The notes beneath the pieces were generated by a model. It had not been told where the DNA came from and made no database searches. It saw only the letters and a program-made list of their open reading frames with translations. A stretch of 64,000 nucleotides of DNA from a virus (taxonomy: Duplodnaviria > Caudoviricetes): the IMG/VR virus record IMGVR_UViG_3300033067_001757, positions 32,001 to 96,000 of that record; one strand, 5' to 3'. Below, piece after piece: positions 19,438 through 29,177 of the stretch. The position numbers and the translations under genes were made by a program. Each line of letters starts with the position of its first letter. Position 1 is the first letter of the stretch.

Positions 19438-19496
19438 GACCTTTATTGGTTTATTGGATTTTAAAAACGAGACCTTTATTTAACATGACCTTTATT
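19435..19496 (-). repeat. three tandem copies of AATAAAGGTC
   Basis: catgacctttatt at 19435 and 19484; gacctttatt at 19471. Confidence 0.8.
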
Positions 19497-19498
19497 GC

Positions 19499-19714
19499 TT
19501 AGCCTAACAGTTGCCTCGGTTGAGGTGAATTATATTCATGAATGACCTCTTTGGAACCACCCTTATTTAGTTTAGCGGTGATAACATCAGCGGCTTTCTT
19601 ATATGATGACTTTGGCTCTGAAATATTTACCCAGTTATCTCCTTCTCCTTTTTGAGCAAAATATTGTGACGGAGACTTAGGATATTGTTTTTCGAGTACG
19701 CGATATTCTGGCAT
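19499..19714 (-). CDS. hypothetical protein
   Basis: 71 aa; YR...AQK...W...IHEY pattern shared with the neighbour. Confidence 0.6.
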   Translation of the reverse strand: MPEYRVLEKQYPKSPSQYFAQKGEGDNWVNISEPKSSYKKAADVITAKLNKGGSKEVIHEYNSPQPRQLLG

Positions 19715-19719
19715 AGGTA

Positions 19720-19944
19720 TTAGTAATTAAATTCGTGAATGATGTCGGTTGGTGACACGCTGTAAAGGGCTATCTCCCGAGCAATATTCTTCTTCATAGC
19801 TTCTTCACAAGATTCTTTATTTTCGTATTCAGAATAGAGATATTTTCTCCATCCCTTATTAAAACGATTCTCATCAAGCTTCTCTGCTACAAATAATGGC
19901 TTTCCATTAAGATGTGTTTCTCTGATTCGGTATTTTTCTGCCAT
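19720..19944 (-). CDS. hypothetical protein, probable paralog of 19499..19714
   Basis: YRIRE...AEK...W...IIHEFN. Confidence 0.6.
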   Translation of the reverse strand: MAEKYRIRETHLNGKPLFVAEKLDENRFNKGWRKYLYSEYENKESCEEAMKKNIAREIALYSVSPTDIIHEFNY

Positions 19945-19948
19945 ACAA

Positions 19949-20878
19949 TTACTTTATGATTTTTAATATTGATAATAAAAGACTTGCGACGTTTATTTCC
20001 CTATCAGGTACCGTAGGATGCCAGCGCTGGGCCTCTGCTATCGCAAGAACGATTTCTTCTGGCTTACCTTTGGAGTATTCGTCTACGCTATTGTAAAGAA
20101 AGCTGAACACACCTGAATAATCTGTATCACAATCAATCATTATCTGTCTCATCTTATTCCAGGCATCCTTGCCGGGGGACTTTAAAATCTCTAATAGAGA
20201 ACAAAGGTATGAAGTATTACTGAGATTATCAAATTTAAGTTCTATATTATTGGAACTATTTACAGATTCTTGTAGAACTAGCAGAGAGCTTCTGATGTCA
20301 GGATGGAATTTATTGACAACAGCAGTGATGTCTTTAGGGTCGAAGGTCACACCTTCCTTTTCAAGGATTGTAGCAAGCTGGATCTTGACATCTTTCTTTG
20401 ATGGTGGTAGTACTTCGAATGTACCGCTTTTACAGCGAGAACGCAATGGCTCAATAAGACGGTCCAGATGGTTGGTTGTAAATATGAAGCGAGTCTTGGC
20501 TGAGTATTGCTCTATTAACGGTAAAAGAGCATTTTGTGCATCAACAGTTAGATTCTGATTACAGTCATCATAGATGATTATTTTTAGCGGTGCGAAACCT
20601 GCTGCTGAAGCAAAATCTTTGATCTTAGTTCTTACTATTTCTATTCCGTTATCTGATGCAGCATTTAGATATAATGATTCACATCTTAAATTAGCAGCGA
20701 TCAGTTTAGCCAATGTTGTCTTACCAGTTCCTGTGGGGCCGTGTAGTATAATATTAGGAATATCGTTCTTTACAATGTATTTTTCAACCTGAGATTTTAT
20801 GATATCATTACCTATATAATTATCCAACCCAATCGGTCTATATTTTTCCACCCAAAGACTATTGTGATTATTGATCAT
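19949..20878 (-). CDS. clamp loader AAA+ subunit (T4 gp44/RFC-like)
   Basis: LWVEKYRP, GPTGTGKTT, LNAAS, PLRSRC. Confidence 0.95.
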   Translation of the reverse strand: MINNHNSLWVEKYRPIGLDNYIGNDIIKSQVEKYIVKNDIPNIILHGPTGTGKTTLAKLIAANLRCESLYLNAASDNGIEIVRTKIKDFASAAGFAPLKIIIYDDCNQNLTVDAQNALLPLIEQYSAKTRFIFTTNHLDRLIEPLRSRCKSGTFEVLPPSKKDVKIQLATILEKEGVTFDPKDITAVVNKFHPDIRSSLLVLQESVNSSNNIELKFDNLSNTSYLCSLLEILKSPGKDAWNKMRQIMIDCDTDYSGVFSFLYNSVDEYSKGKPEEIVLAIAEAQRWHPTVPDREINVASLLLSILKIIK

Positions 20879-20951
20879 TTTTTGTTTTTATAATATTGAA
20901 TAAGATTTTCAGCAGTATTATAACATTTTGGGTCTGTAATTTTATCTATCT

Positions 20952-21455
20952 TCAAAACTTGTACATCGGACATAACATCCGATTGATATTAATCTCCAGT
21001 TTCTTCATTGCCTTGATATATTTCTTACCGGCACCAGGTTGCAGATATCCAATCGTTAAATGTGGGTGATACGTAGGATAATCATTGGTATATGGTAATT
21101 CAGTCAACGCTTTGTTGACCTGTTTGAGCTCAGGTGATTTAATATCAAATTTCAGTACATCATAATCTTCCTTTTCGAATACTGAGATATTATATGCTTT
21201 GATCTTTGAGAAGGTGAATTTACTTATGATGTCTTTCACATCTGATACCGGTACACCATCATGGATACCGTACAGCAGTGTAATATGTGGATCCGTCTCC
21301 AGACCATACGTTTGATCTCCGGTCTCCTCATAAAGGTCCTCCGGAGCGATGACATCATGAATCTTCTTCATGACAGGAAATTTTACATTAAGTAGTACAC
21401 ATCCATATTCGTGTGTATCACTGTGTTTTTCAGTAAGAAGTCTTATCAGGCTCAT
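20952..21455 (-). CDS. 2H phosphoesterase (T4 gp57B/Acb1-like)
   Basis: Two HxT motifs: PHITLLYG and YHPHLTIGY. Confidence 0.8.
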   Translation of the reverse strand: MSLIRLLTEKHSDTHEYGCVLLNVKFPVMKKIHDVIAPEDLYEETGDQTYGLETDPHITLLYGIHDGVPVSDVKDIISKFTFSKIKAYNISVFEKEDYDVLKFDIKSPELKQVNKALTELPYTNDYPTYHPHLTIGYLQPGAGKKYIKAMKKLEININRMLCPMYKF

Positions 21456-21671
21456 TTAATAATGTTTCAAGTTTAGCTTTGAGTGAATTGAAATCTATCT
21501 GAGGATAACCCTGGACGTTGAATACTTCAAATTCAATGCGGTCTACTGAATTGTCACGGAGTATTATATGGTTGTAACCTTTAACTGATTCTTGAACATA
21601 ATCATTATATCTAACCAGATATTCAGGCTCAATTACATGCGGAATCTCGTGACCAATATTGGTTTACTCAT
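21429..21671 (-). CDS. hypothetical protein, split by a 1-nt indel near 21641
   Basis: MSKPILVTRF joins PHVIEPEY...IEFEVFN... if one C is added. Confidence 0.5.
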
Positions 21672-22006
21672 AGACATATTTTCATGTAAAATTGAATGGC
21701 TTCATATTCCTTATTCTGTAGCCACTGGTTATATGATAGGTAACAGTCAGCACATCCATCGACATTATTAGCATAGTCATACCGGTACCGTTTCTCAGCT
21801 TCTTCGTGGTCGATCTCAAGTTTCACTTTAATGAATTTGGTCTTCTCCCATTCAGCGTCGAGTTCTTTGTTTTCCTGGTCCCGGTATTCACGTTCCTCAT
21901 CTGATATTGAATGGATAGGTGGTGTAGTGGTCAAAGGAATATATGGAGCATACACAAGTTCCGCTGGAACGCATTCTTGAAATAAATGTGCTTTCTTATA
22001 ATCCAT
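21668..22006 (-). CDS. small protein with a major-capsid-like YAPYIPL motif
   Basis: LVYAPYIPLTTTP matches the conserved gp23-family C-terminal motif. Confidence 0.55.
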   Translation of the reverse strand: MDYKKAHLFQECVPAELVYAPYIPLTTTPPIHSISDEEREYRDQENKELDAEWEKTKFIKVKLEIDHEEAEKRYRYDYANNVDGCADCYLSYNQWLQNKEYEAIQFYMKICL

Positions 22007-22007
22007 A

Positions 22008-22247
22008 TTATTCCGATTTTATTTCATCAACAATCAAATAAGGTGGGAGGATGTCAACCTTACCATCATCAATCCAATGAAATCCATTGAATCGTAGATC
22101 AGGATACCTTTTTTTAACATGTAAAAAGAATCGTACTGATAAACATAGGTTTGCCAATATTGCATCTACATTGTTTTCATTGAGTATCTTATCTAAATCT
22201 TCAAATGAGTTTATATTGTATTCAGGAAAATCATTTTGTATTGGCAT
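22008..22247 (-). CDS. hypothetical protein
   Basis: Start reassigned to MPIQNDFPEY to avoid a long overlap with groEL; FHWIDDG motif. Confidence 0.6.
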   Translation of the reverse strand: MPIQNDFPEYNINSFEDLDKILNENNVDAILANLCLSVRFFLHVKKRYPDLRFNGFHWIDDGKVDILPPYLIVDEIKSE

Positions 22248-22251
22248 TATG

Positions 22252-23934
22252 TTACCATCCAAACTGTGACATATCATATTGCTCTGCAGCTTTGCTGTCT
22301 TCCTCAACTGGAAACACACATGAATCACTTGTAAGAAATACACCGGCCATACTTGCTGCATTTTCAATGGCTGTGCGAGTGACTTTGGTAGGATCGATAA
22401 CACCGTCTTTTAAGAGGTCGACGTATTGGGATGTCTTGACGTTGTATCCTTGCCATAATTGACCTTTATCATAGTCTGTGTCTGAACCTATTGTTCGTAT
22501 TCCACCCATATTAGATTGAATCTTGCTAAGTATCTCGTAATAGTTTTCTACGCCGGCATTCTTGAGTATTGTGATAAATGGAGAGTACAGTGCTTTCTTA
22601 ACGATCTCCATACCGAGTAACTCGTCACGATTGGTATAATCAGCCTCATTAAGAGCATCTATGCAATTTATGAGTGCCATACCTGCACCAGGAACGATAC
22701 CCTGTTCAATAGCCGCTTTGGTGGCATGGAGTGCATCGTCAACCCGGTCTTTCCGTTCGTTCATTTCTACCTCAGACAATCCACCCACTTTCACAATGGC
22801 TACACCACCGGTAAGCTTGGATAATCTGTCTTGCAGATTCTGTGTCTCAAAGTTTGACGCAGCGTTATCAATCTGCTTCTTAATCTCAAGCATCTTCGCT
22901 TCGATATCTTCTTTCTTTCCTTTACCGTCAACGATTGTTGTATCTGCGGCTGTAATGGTTGAAAGACGACATTCACCGAAATGGGTCTTCAACTCTTCCA
23001 CAGACATCTTCTCGAGCTTGTGACCTTTTGCATTACTGAGTACAGTGCCACCAGTTAACACAGCGATATCTTCCAGCAGCGCTGTCTTACGATCACCGAA
23101 GTCCGGTGCCTTTACAGCACATACTTTTACACTACCGCGTGATTTATTTACTACCAGGATACTCAGTACCTGGGATGAGAAATCTTCTGCGATAAGGAGT
23201 AATGGTTTATTCTGAGCATTTGAATATTGTAGTGCATTGATCACTTGTTTATCTATACCGAGTACTCCGTCATATATTAGTACGATAGTTTCGTGTAGCA
23301 CAGCTTCCATACGTTCATGATCTGTAACGAAATATGGTGATTTGAATCCACGATTGAATAATAGTCCTTCGACAATTTCCAGTTCATCCACACCTGATTT
23401 ACTAGTCTCAATAGAAACTACTCCATCATTACCAACTTTATCAAGCGCCCTGGATATAATCAAGCCGATGGATGGATCATTGTTACCTGAAATGGATGCA
23501 ACATGTTTGATCTCTTCTTCAGTTACATCGAGAGAAATCTCTTTCAATTTCTTCACGACTGCGGCTGCAGCTTTATCAATACCTCGCTTCACATCAGATG
23601 GGTTACTGCCGGCCTGAATAGACTTCAGTCCTTCTTCGATAATAGCTTTAGCGAGAACTACAGATGTAGTGGTACCATCACCTACCTTATCACCACTCTT
23701 TATGGAAACATTACGTACCAGGTCGCTACCGATCGACATAATCGGATCTTCCAGTTTATTGATACTCTTAGCCACTGTTACACCATCCTTGGTTATCTGG
23801 ATAGTATCATCGTCTTTACGGATGATCACTGTCTTACCGCTTGGCCCCAGCGTTGAGCTTACTGCGTCGCTTAATATTTTTACTCCTTCGAAAAGCTTAT
23901 TCTTTAGTGCTAATCCTGTCTGTGTTTTTATCAT
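22252..23934 (-). CDS. groEL: chaperonin GroEL
   Basis: TLGPSG, ITKDGVTVAK, GDGTTT, KAPDFGDR, GVIDPTKVTR. Confidence 0.97.
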   Translation of the reverse strand: MIKTQTGLALKNKLFEGVKILSDAVSSTLGPSGKTVIIRKDDDTIQITKDGVTVAKSINKLEDPIMSIGSDLVRNVSIKSGDKVGDGTTTSVVLAKAIIEEGLKSIQAGSNPSDVKRGIDKAAAAVVKKLKEISLDVTEEEIKHVASISGNNDPSIGLIISRALDKVGNDGVVSIETSKSGVDELEIVEGLLFNRGFKSPYFVTDHERMEAVLHETIVLIYDGVLGIDKQVINALQYSNAQNKPLLLIAEDFSSQVLSILVVNKSRGSVKVCAVKAPDFGDRKTALLEDIAVLTGGTVLSNAKGHKLEKMSVEELKTHFGECRLSTITAADTTIVDGKGKKEDIEAKMLEIKKQIDNAASNFETQNLQDRLSKLTGGVAIVKVGGLSEVEMNERKDRVDDALHATKAAIEQGIVPGAGMALINCIDALNEADYTNRDELLGMEIVKKALYSPFITILKNAGVENYYEILSKIQSNMGGIRTIGSDTDYDKGQLWQGYNVKTSQYVDLLKDGVIDPTKVTRTAIENAASMAGVFLTSDSCVFPVEEDSKAAEQYDMSQFGW

Positions 23935-23941
23935 CTTTTAA

Positions 23942-24265
23942 TTATTGTTTTTCTTCGGTTTCATCGTCTGTATACCCAGCTTCTAATTCCACTTCACGGC
24001 ATATACCGTATTCCTGACCGTCTATTTCTACTGTAGTAACAACGGCCTTCTTAACTGATACTATTTCTCCAACAGTACATTCCATTGGAATACGAGCCAT
24101 AGTGGGTGATAATTCGCTTACGCGGCCAGGGCCTACATCGATTACTTCGTATAAGTTGGACTTCTCTTTACCGGTATCCGGTATAATAATACCACCGTGT
24201 ATCTCTTCTTTGTCAACCGGTTTTAAAATGATTTTGTCGTGCTTTGCACGTAGCCTTTTAGCCAT
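23942..24265 (-). CDS. groES: co-chaperonin GroES
   Basis: DKIILKP...GGIIIPD...KEK...VIDVGPG; directly upstream of groEL. Confidence 0.92.
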   Translation of the reverse strand: MAKRLRAKHDKIILKPVDKEEIHGGIIIPDTGKEKSNLYEVIDVGPGRVSELSPTMARIPMECTVGEIVSVKKAVVTTVEIDGQEYGICREVELEAGYTDDETEEKQ

Positions 24266-24302
24266 AGAATAGGATATTGGATTTTAAATTATTGTAGAAC
24301 TG

Positions 24303-24334
24303 CAAAGGTATGCTAAGTTCTCTATATAAACAAA
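24303..24334 (-). promoter_or_regulatory. Bacteroidota sigma-70 promoter for groES-groEL
   Basis: TTTG-N20-TACCTTTG. Confidence 0.8.
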
Positions 24335-24347
24335 TTTAGTTTGTAGA

Positions 24348-25088
24348 TTAATCTATACATTCACAAGGTGTCTGAAACAACTCTACGTCTTCAAACTGAG
24401 GATTATCTTTTTCATGAGTATTTATTAAATCGGTCCAGGCATATTGTCTACCAAGCCCTTTCAACTCAACCTTGTTTTTAGCATTGGATTCGATGAACTT
24501 CACTCTTTCTTTCTCATCGTCTGATAATGTAAGTATCTCGGGTTTCTTCATACTCGGACAAAAGAAGCAACTGCTCTTACCGGGTAAACATAGTTTAGAT
24601 AATAATATTTCTTCAACACATCTTGGCCTATCCCATCCCCATTCTATTAATGGGTAGAGATTGGTATGATTCTTTAAAGGGTTATCCTTCACGCGTCGAG
24701 ATTCACCAATATCATAGCCTATGTAATGCACAATTTCATCACCTTTATAACGTTCGTTTATGAATTTTGACTGTGGTCTTATCTTGAATTTATCGCTGCA
24801 ACTTTTAAATCCAAAAGCTATAGCCGGTAATGTATTGTTATTGATAATATCCTGTTCGAGAGTGAGTTCAATACCATCTTTTGTTTTGTACTTCACTATC
24901 TCGATCTCAGGCATCCCGTTTTGTTTAAGCCATTTACTGAAATATGATATGTAAGAATAAGTTGCTTGTCTCTCACCACCGGTATCAGCGAATAAAATAT
25001 GATCCGGAACCATCCCTTGCTTTTGTAAACCTATGATCATAGCGGTAGAATTAGTTCCACCACCATAGCTTATTATTTTTCTCACCAT
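24348..25088 (-). CDS. PAPS-reductase-like adenine nucleotide alpha-hydrolase
   Basis: PP-loop SYGGGTNS, FADTGGE, KSSCFFCP, terminal PCEC. Confidence 0.8.
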   Translation of the reverse strand: MVRKIISYGGGTNSTAMIIGLQKQGMVPDHILFADTGGERQATYSYISYFSKWLKQNGMPEIEIVKYKTKDGIELTLEQDIINNNTLPAIAFGFKSCSDKFKIRPQSKFINERYKGDEIVHYIGYDIGESRRVKDNPLKNHTNLYPLIEWGWDRPRCVEEILLSKLCLPGKSSCFFCPSMKKPEILTLSDDEKERVKFIESNAKNKVELKGLGRQYAWTDLINTHEKDNPQFEDVELFQTPCECID

Positions 25089-25204
25089 TGTTAGAGTTCT
25101 CTACTATTTTTTACGTATACGTAATCTTGCTGCGAGTATTAAAATGATCAGTGCAATAAAATATGTGGTGCCTGGATATTCGCTGATTAAATTGAAGAAT
25201 TGAA

Positions 25205-25549
25205 TCACACTTTGTGAAATAGATGTCCGTGTTTTTTTAAGAATGCATTGAATACTTTTTTACTTCCAATGCTAAACCAAAAATCATCACCCGGTATATC
25301 AATATTTTCCTTATTAGTAAAGTCTTTTTCGAGAGCAAGAACAAGTTCGATGAATTGTTCTTGTTTACAGTTATTGCCAACTTGAAATACCAGGTGATCA
25401 TCAACATATATTTCAGTCCATGCTAATCCTTCATCATAATTCCAGTCATGACCGTATTCTATATTATTGTCTTTACAGAAGTCATAAACCTTTGGAGTAG
25501 ATTTTACTGGTTCCGAGATAGATATGGAGCCTGTTACGTGGAATGTCAT
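25205..25549 (-). CDS. hypothetical protein
   Basis: 114-aa packed ORF. Confidence 0.6.
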   Translation of the reverse strand: MTFHVTGSISISEPVKSTPKVYDFCKDNNIEYGHDWNYDEGLAWTEIYVDDHLVFQVGNNCKQEQFIELVLALEKDFTNKENIDIPGDDFWFSIGSKKVFNAFLKKHGHLFHKV

Positions 25550-26274
25550 AACTTATCAAGTGCGATTAAGAAGTATGTAACTTCCGGTGTGAATAAACCT
25601 ATAGTCTCTTTGAAATATATCTTCATGAGTCCATCTGAATGGATGAACATCCTGCCAGTGCAGTCTTTATTACGTTGAAATATTTCTTCAATGACGTCCG
25701 ATGAGAATGATATCTTTTTCATATCAAACATACCATCTTCTTCTACAAAGAACTTACTCTTGTTGGAATGTTTGTCACCCAGCTCAAATGTGGCTTTACG
25801 ATCTTTGATAGACACCGATACAACCTCAGAACCATTGGCCTTCTTTGCCTTCAGATACTTATTGACAAAATCGGTAGTAAGTTCTATTACCATGTCGTAT
25901 GACAGAGGTTCGTCGATTATCGGAGTTTGTACGTTGATGACAGTAGGATCACATAGAATGTAGTCCTGTTCAAATGATGCATCTTTTATTTGCATCTTAT
26001 GATCATGCTTCTTACTGAATTTCAACTGGAGTTCTTCTTCAGCGATGTTCAACAGATTGAGGAATGTTTTAGGATTACGAATTATCACATTGAGGTTGGC
26101 TAAATCCACACCTGGTAGTGATAGCTGACATACTGTAGAAGAACCGAATGCAATTACGTATGCACTGAAGCTTAGTTTACTGTCTTCGACGTGCCACTTG
26201 ATATAATAATCGTCAACACCTTTAAGTTCGAGAAAACAACGCTTTATGGACGAGAGGAGTACGGATTTTGTCAC
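25546..26274 (-). CDS. sliding clamp (T4 gp45-like)
   Basis: 242 aa, beta-rich, ends GLMKIYF...YFL; downstream of PolB with gp44/gp62 nearby. Confidence 0.7.
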   Translation of the reverse strand: MTKSVLLSSIKRCFLELKGVDDYYIKWHVEDSKLSFSAYVIAFGSSTVCQLSLPGVDLANLNVIIRNPKTFLNLLNIAEEELQLKFSKKHDHKMQIKDASFEQDYILCDPTVINVQTPIIDEPLSYDMVIELTTDFVNKYLKAKKANGSEVVSVSIKDRKATFELGDKHSNKSKFFVEEDGMFDMKKISFSSDVIEEIFQRNKDCTGRMFIHSDGLMKIYFKETIGLFTPEVTYFLIALDKL

Positions 26275-26287
26275 AGGTATTTAGTTA

Positions 26288-26500
26288 TTAAAGAATATTT
26301 TTCAAAATATATTCAAGTTCTAATAATCTGGTTGGTATTGATTTATACCAAACATGAGCATCGTTTGAAAACGAACAAGATATCTTTCTCGGTTTTGAAT
26401 AATACGACCATTGACTTTGTAAGAACGTGATTCTTTCGTCTAACTTTTCATAGATATGTTGATATTCCGTCACTTCGAGATCATTACTCATTATTTTCAA
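26288..26500 (-). CDS. hypothetical protein
   Basis: First ORF after the promoter at 26518. Confidence 0.5.
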   Translation of the reverse strand: MKIMSNDLEVTEYQHIYEKLDERITFLQSQWSYYSKPRKISCSFSNDAHVWYKSIPTRLLELEYILKNIL

Positions 26501-26517
26501 TATTAAATAGTTCTATG

Positions 26518-26549
26518 CAAAGGTATGTATTTATTAGATACCTTCCAAA
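26518..26549 (-). promoter_or_regulatory. Bacteroidota sigma-70 promoter
   Basis: TTTG-N20-TACCTTTG. Confidence 0.8.
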
Positions 26550-26567
26550 TTTAATTCTCTATAAAGT

Positions 26568-29159
26568 CTACACAAACCTCATGAAACGCTTAACATTCTT
26601 GTTATATGAAATGGTACCCCAACCTAAATTGTCGTATATGCGCTGCAGTTTGTTCACAAGATTTTTATCAAACAGCATTTCTCTATTCATGTATTTTCGA
26701 ATGAATTTCATGATCTCTTCAGGTGGGTCAACTAAATTGAATCCAAGTACATCAATGTTATAAGGATTATTTGTATCCAGATACACCCACTTAAATTTTT
26801 CACCAGTTTGAATAGGGTAATGTTTATCGGCCAGTCCTTTAAAATTCAGCAGGTCATTATAATAGAAGGCCGCTTTAAAATGTGCCTGCGCTCCTTTCTT
26901 CGGTGTACTGAATATTGTACCTGCAGATGGTCCTCTTTGAATATAATCTTTTAAATTTTTATTCATACCGGTTGGCTTAGCCGCTTCTTCCAGTGGTAAT
27001 GTTTTGAACTTCTCACGGAAGTCCAATATGCATGTATCAATATACGATTTAGGTTTATCGAATAATATATCTTTCACCAATTGCTGAGTAAATTCTTTAT
27101 ATAACCTGGGGTAGGAGCTTTTTATGAAGTCAAGTCCAACAAAAGAAAATTCAGCTTTAACAATACCTTCTTTCTCCACCATGTATGCAGCATATTGTTT
27201 GGCACCTGATATGTATAATCTTTTATAAATAACCTCAGACTTAGTACGAAAATATTGCTCTCCTTTTCGGTTTAATTTGTTCCTGGAATAATCAAGGTAA
27301 TATTCATTAATTTCTTTAGGTAGTTCAATAGCAATGAGTCTTATTTTCTCCATTACTTTTTCATCATCTGACATATCAAGATCAGCATGTCTATGCAATA
27401 ATATATCTTCCAATTTGTAGAAGGCCGAGTCTGTATCAGCCATAACTGCATACTTATGGTTAGCACCAAGTTCCTTGTTGAATTTATCTTCTGCAAATTT
27501 GATAGAACCCTGGTTAACACTTCTACCAGTCATGGTTACTGAGATGGCCAAAAGTTTAGCTGGATCACCATAACGAAAACTTGTGAGCCCCAGGGATCCG
27601 TAAATCGCATTCAGACAAACTTTAATAGCAGCCTGCCATATATCATAGAATTTTTCCATCTTATGATCACCTGCTTTACCGGCAGATATCATCTTACCTT
27701 TATATGTCTTTCTAAGCGTAAACCATTCACTCACTACTGAGCATACCGCTGACATTTTATATGAATCAAACATAACTCCGTTTGGAGAGATAAGTATATC
27801 ATTTTCTTCTATTAGAGATATAAGTTTCCTTATAGTGACATACTTATATTTACCATCATTTGATTCTATCTGTATAGTCGATAATGGATCGCGATTTTTG
27901 ATATCATCAAGACCCCATGATATATCTTCATTGTCTTCTGTTACTATTCTTCCAAGGTAACTTTCTGTACCAATATTGAGGTTCTTAATTATACACGGAT
28001 ACAATGATTCCAGATCACAATCCAGTACCCAGCGCTCAAGTCCCGGGGTCGGAGCAAGTACCCATGCGCCCGGGAATTTTTCGTCATCTTCTGATTCCGA
28101 TTCAAACTTAAATTTCAGTTCCGGAAATGTGGTAGTAGGTTTGTTAACGCTTACAATATTTTGTTTTTTCAAAAAGCACATGATGGCCCCTTCACATATT
28201 CTCGATGTCTCATAAACATAATGATAAGGTACGTGTGCGATTGATGATACCATTATGGCCAGGTCAATAAATTTCTTCTTCTCATCTATCTCTACGATCA
28301 GTTGTACGTCATTGACGTTATAAGCAATGAATTTATCAATATCGGTTCTGAACAGATTGTCAAGCGTTCCTTCGTATTTGATTTTACCTTTACCGATTTC
28401 AACAGTAGCAATTGCATCAAGAGCATAACTCGGTTGTTGTTTGGGAATAAATTTGCGATAGAGTCTGAGATAATCAAGACTGTTCACACCGGCTATTTTA
28501 AAGGGGGCCTTGATGTCAAATTGATCTTCTTTGACTATACCTATCGGAGACAATTGATTGGCCTTATTCTGCCCTAAAACACGTCTCATGCGATTGTACA
28601 AATATGGAATATCAAAGCTATCTCCGTTCCATGTTACCAACACGGTGACGTCTAATTCGATCCATTTATCTAGGAATGACTGCAGTAATATTTTCTCAGT
28701 CTTACACGGAATAACATTTGTATTATTCTTGACTGATGATGATAGTATTCCGGCCTCATCTAACACATATACAAAATATTCCTTGCTATTATCATCATAT
28801 AAAGCAACAGCAGTAACCTTAACAGGAGCCTTAGCGCAGTAAGCATTGTTGATACCACCACCCATTTCTGTTTCTATGTCTAAGAATACCTTATTATGCC
28901 ACGCCGGGGGTTCGTCGAATTCCTTATAGATATCAAGAAGTACGCGAAGATTAATATCTACGTCTTTCTCATATAACTCAGGATCTTCTTTGTTGTACCT
29001 GGTAGTAGCGTTCGCTCTCTTTCCATCAAGAGTTGGAAACTCTCCGTTGGGATGAAGTTTATAATACGTTGGCTGATATGAAAAATGCTGCCACCCTTCA
29101 TTTGAGTCACGAAGATGGCAGACGCGGTTTTGGTAATCGTAGAAAATTGCTTGGTAAAT
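26568..29159 (-). CDS. family B DNA polymerase (T4 gp43-like), probable ATT start
   Basis: Exo I DIETE upstream of the track's ATG; WNGDSFDIPY, DLESLYP, KVCLNAIYG, ADTDS; frame open 98 codons upstream to ATT at 29159. Confidence 0.93.
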   Translation of the reverse strand: MYQAIFYDYQNRVCHLRDSNEGWQHFSYQPTYYKLHPNGEFPTLDGKRANATTRYNKEDPELYEKDVDINLRVLLDIYKEFDEPPAWHNKVFLDIETEMGGGINNAYCAKAPVKVTAVALYDDNSKEYFVYVLDEAGILSSSVKNNTNVIPCKTEKILLQSFLDKWIELDVTVLVTWNGDSFDIPYLYNRMRRVLGQNKANQLSPIGIVKEDQFDIKAPFKIAGVNSLDYLRLYRKFIPKQQPSYALDAIATVEIGKGKIKYEGTLDNLFRTDIDKFIAYNVNDVQLIVEIDEKKKFIDLAIMVSSIAHVPYHYVYETSRICEGAIMCFLKKQNIVSVNKPTTTFPELKFKFESESEDDEKFPGAWVLAPTPGLERWVLDCDLESLYPCIIKNLNIGTESYLGRIVTEDNEDISWGLDDIKNRDPLSTIQIESNDGKYKYVTIRKLISLIEENDILISPNGVMFDSYKMSAVCSVVSEWFTLRKTYKGKMISAGKAGDHKMEKFYDIWQAAIKVCLNAIYGSLGLTSFRYGDPAKLLAISVTMTGRSVNQGSIKFAEDKFNKELGANHKYAVMADTDSAFYKLEDILLHRHADLDMSDDEKVMEKIRLIAIELPKEINEYYLDYSRNKLNRKGEQYFRTKSEVIYKRLYISGAKQYAAYMVEKEGIVKAEFSFVGLDFIKSSYPRLYKEFTQQLVKDILFDKPKSYIDTCILDFREKFKTLPLEEAAKPTGMNKNLKDYIQRGPSAGTIFSTPKKGAQAHFKAAFYYNDLLNFKGLADKHYPIQTGEKFKWVYLDTNNPYNIDVLGFNLVDPPEEIMKFIRKYMNREMLFDKNLVNKLQRIYDNLGWGTISYNKNVKRFMRFV

Positions 29160-29164
29160 GTTGT

Positions 29165-29172
29165 CCTCCTTT
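29165..29172 (-). promoter_or_regulatory. strong Shine-Dalgarno AAAGGAGG, 5 nt before ATT
   Basis: TTAAAGGAGGACAACATTTACCAA on the minus strand. Confidence 0.75.
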
Positions 29173-29177
29173 AATTA

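Noticed and set aside
17018-19496. CRISPR-Cas (Cas4-like nuclease plus short tandem repeats)
   Set aside because: Repeats are 10-13 nt with irregular short spacing and no other cas genes; such nucleases are common stand-alone phage genes
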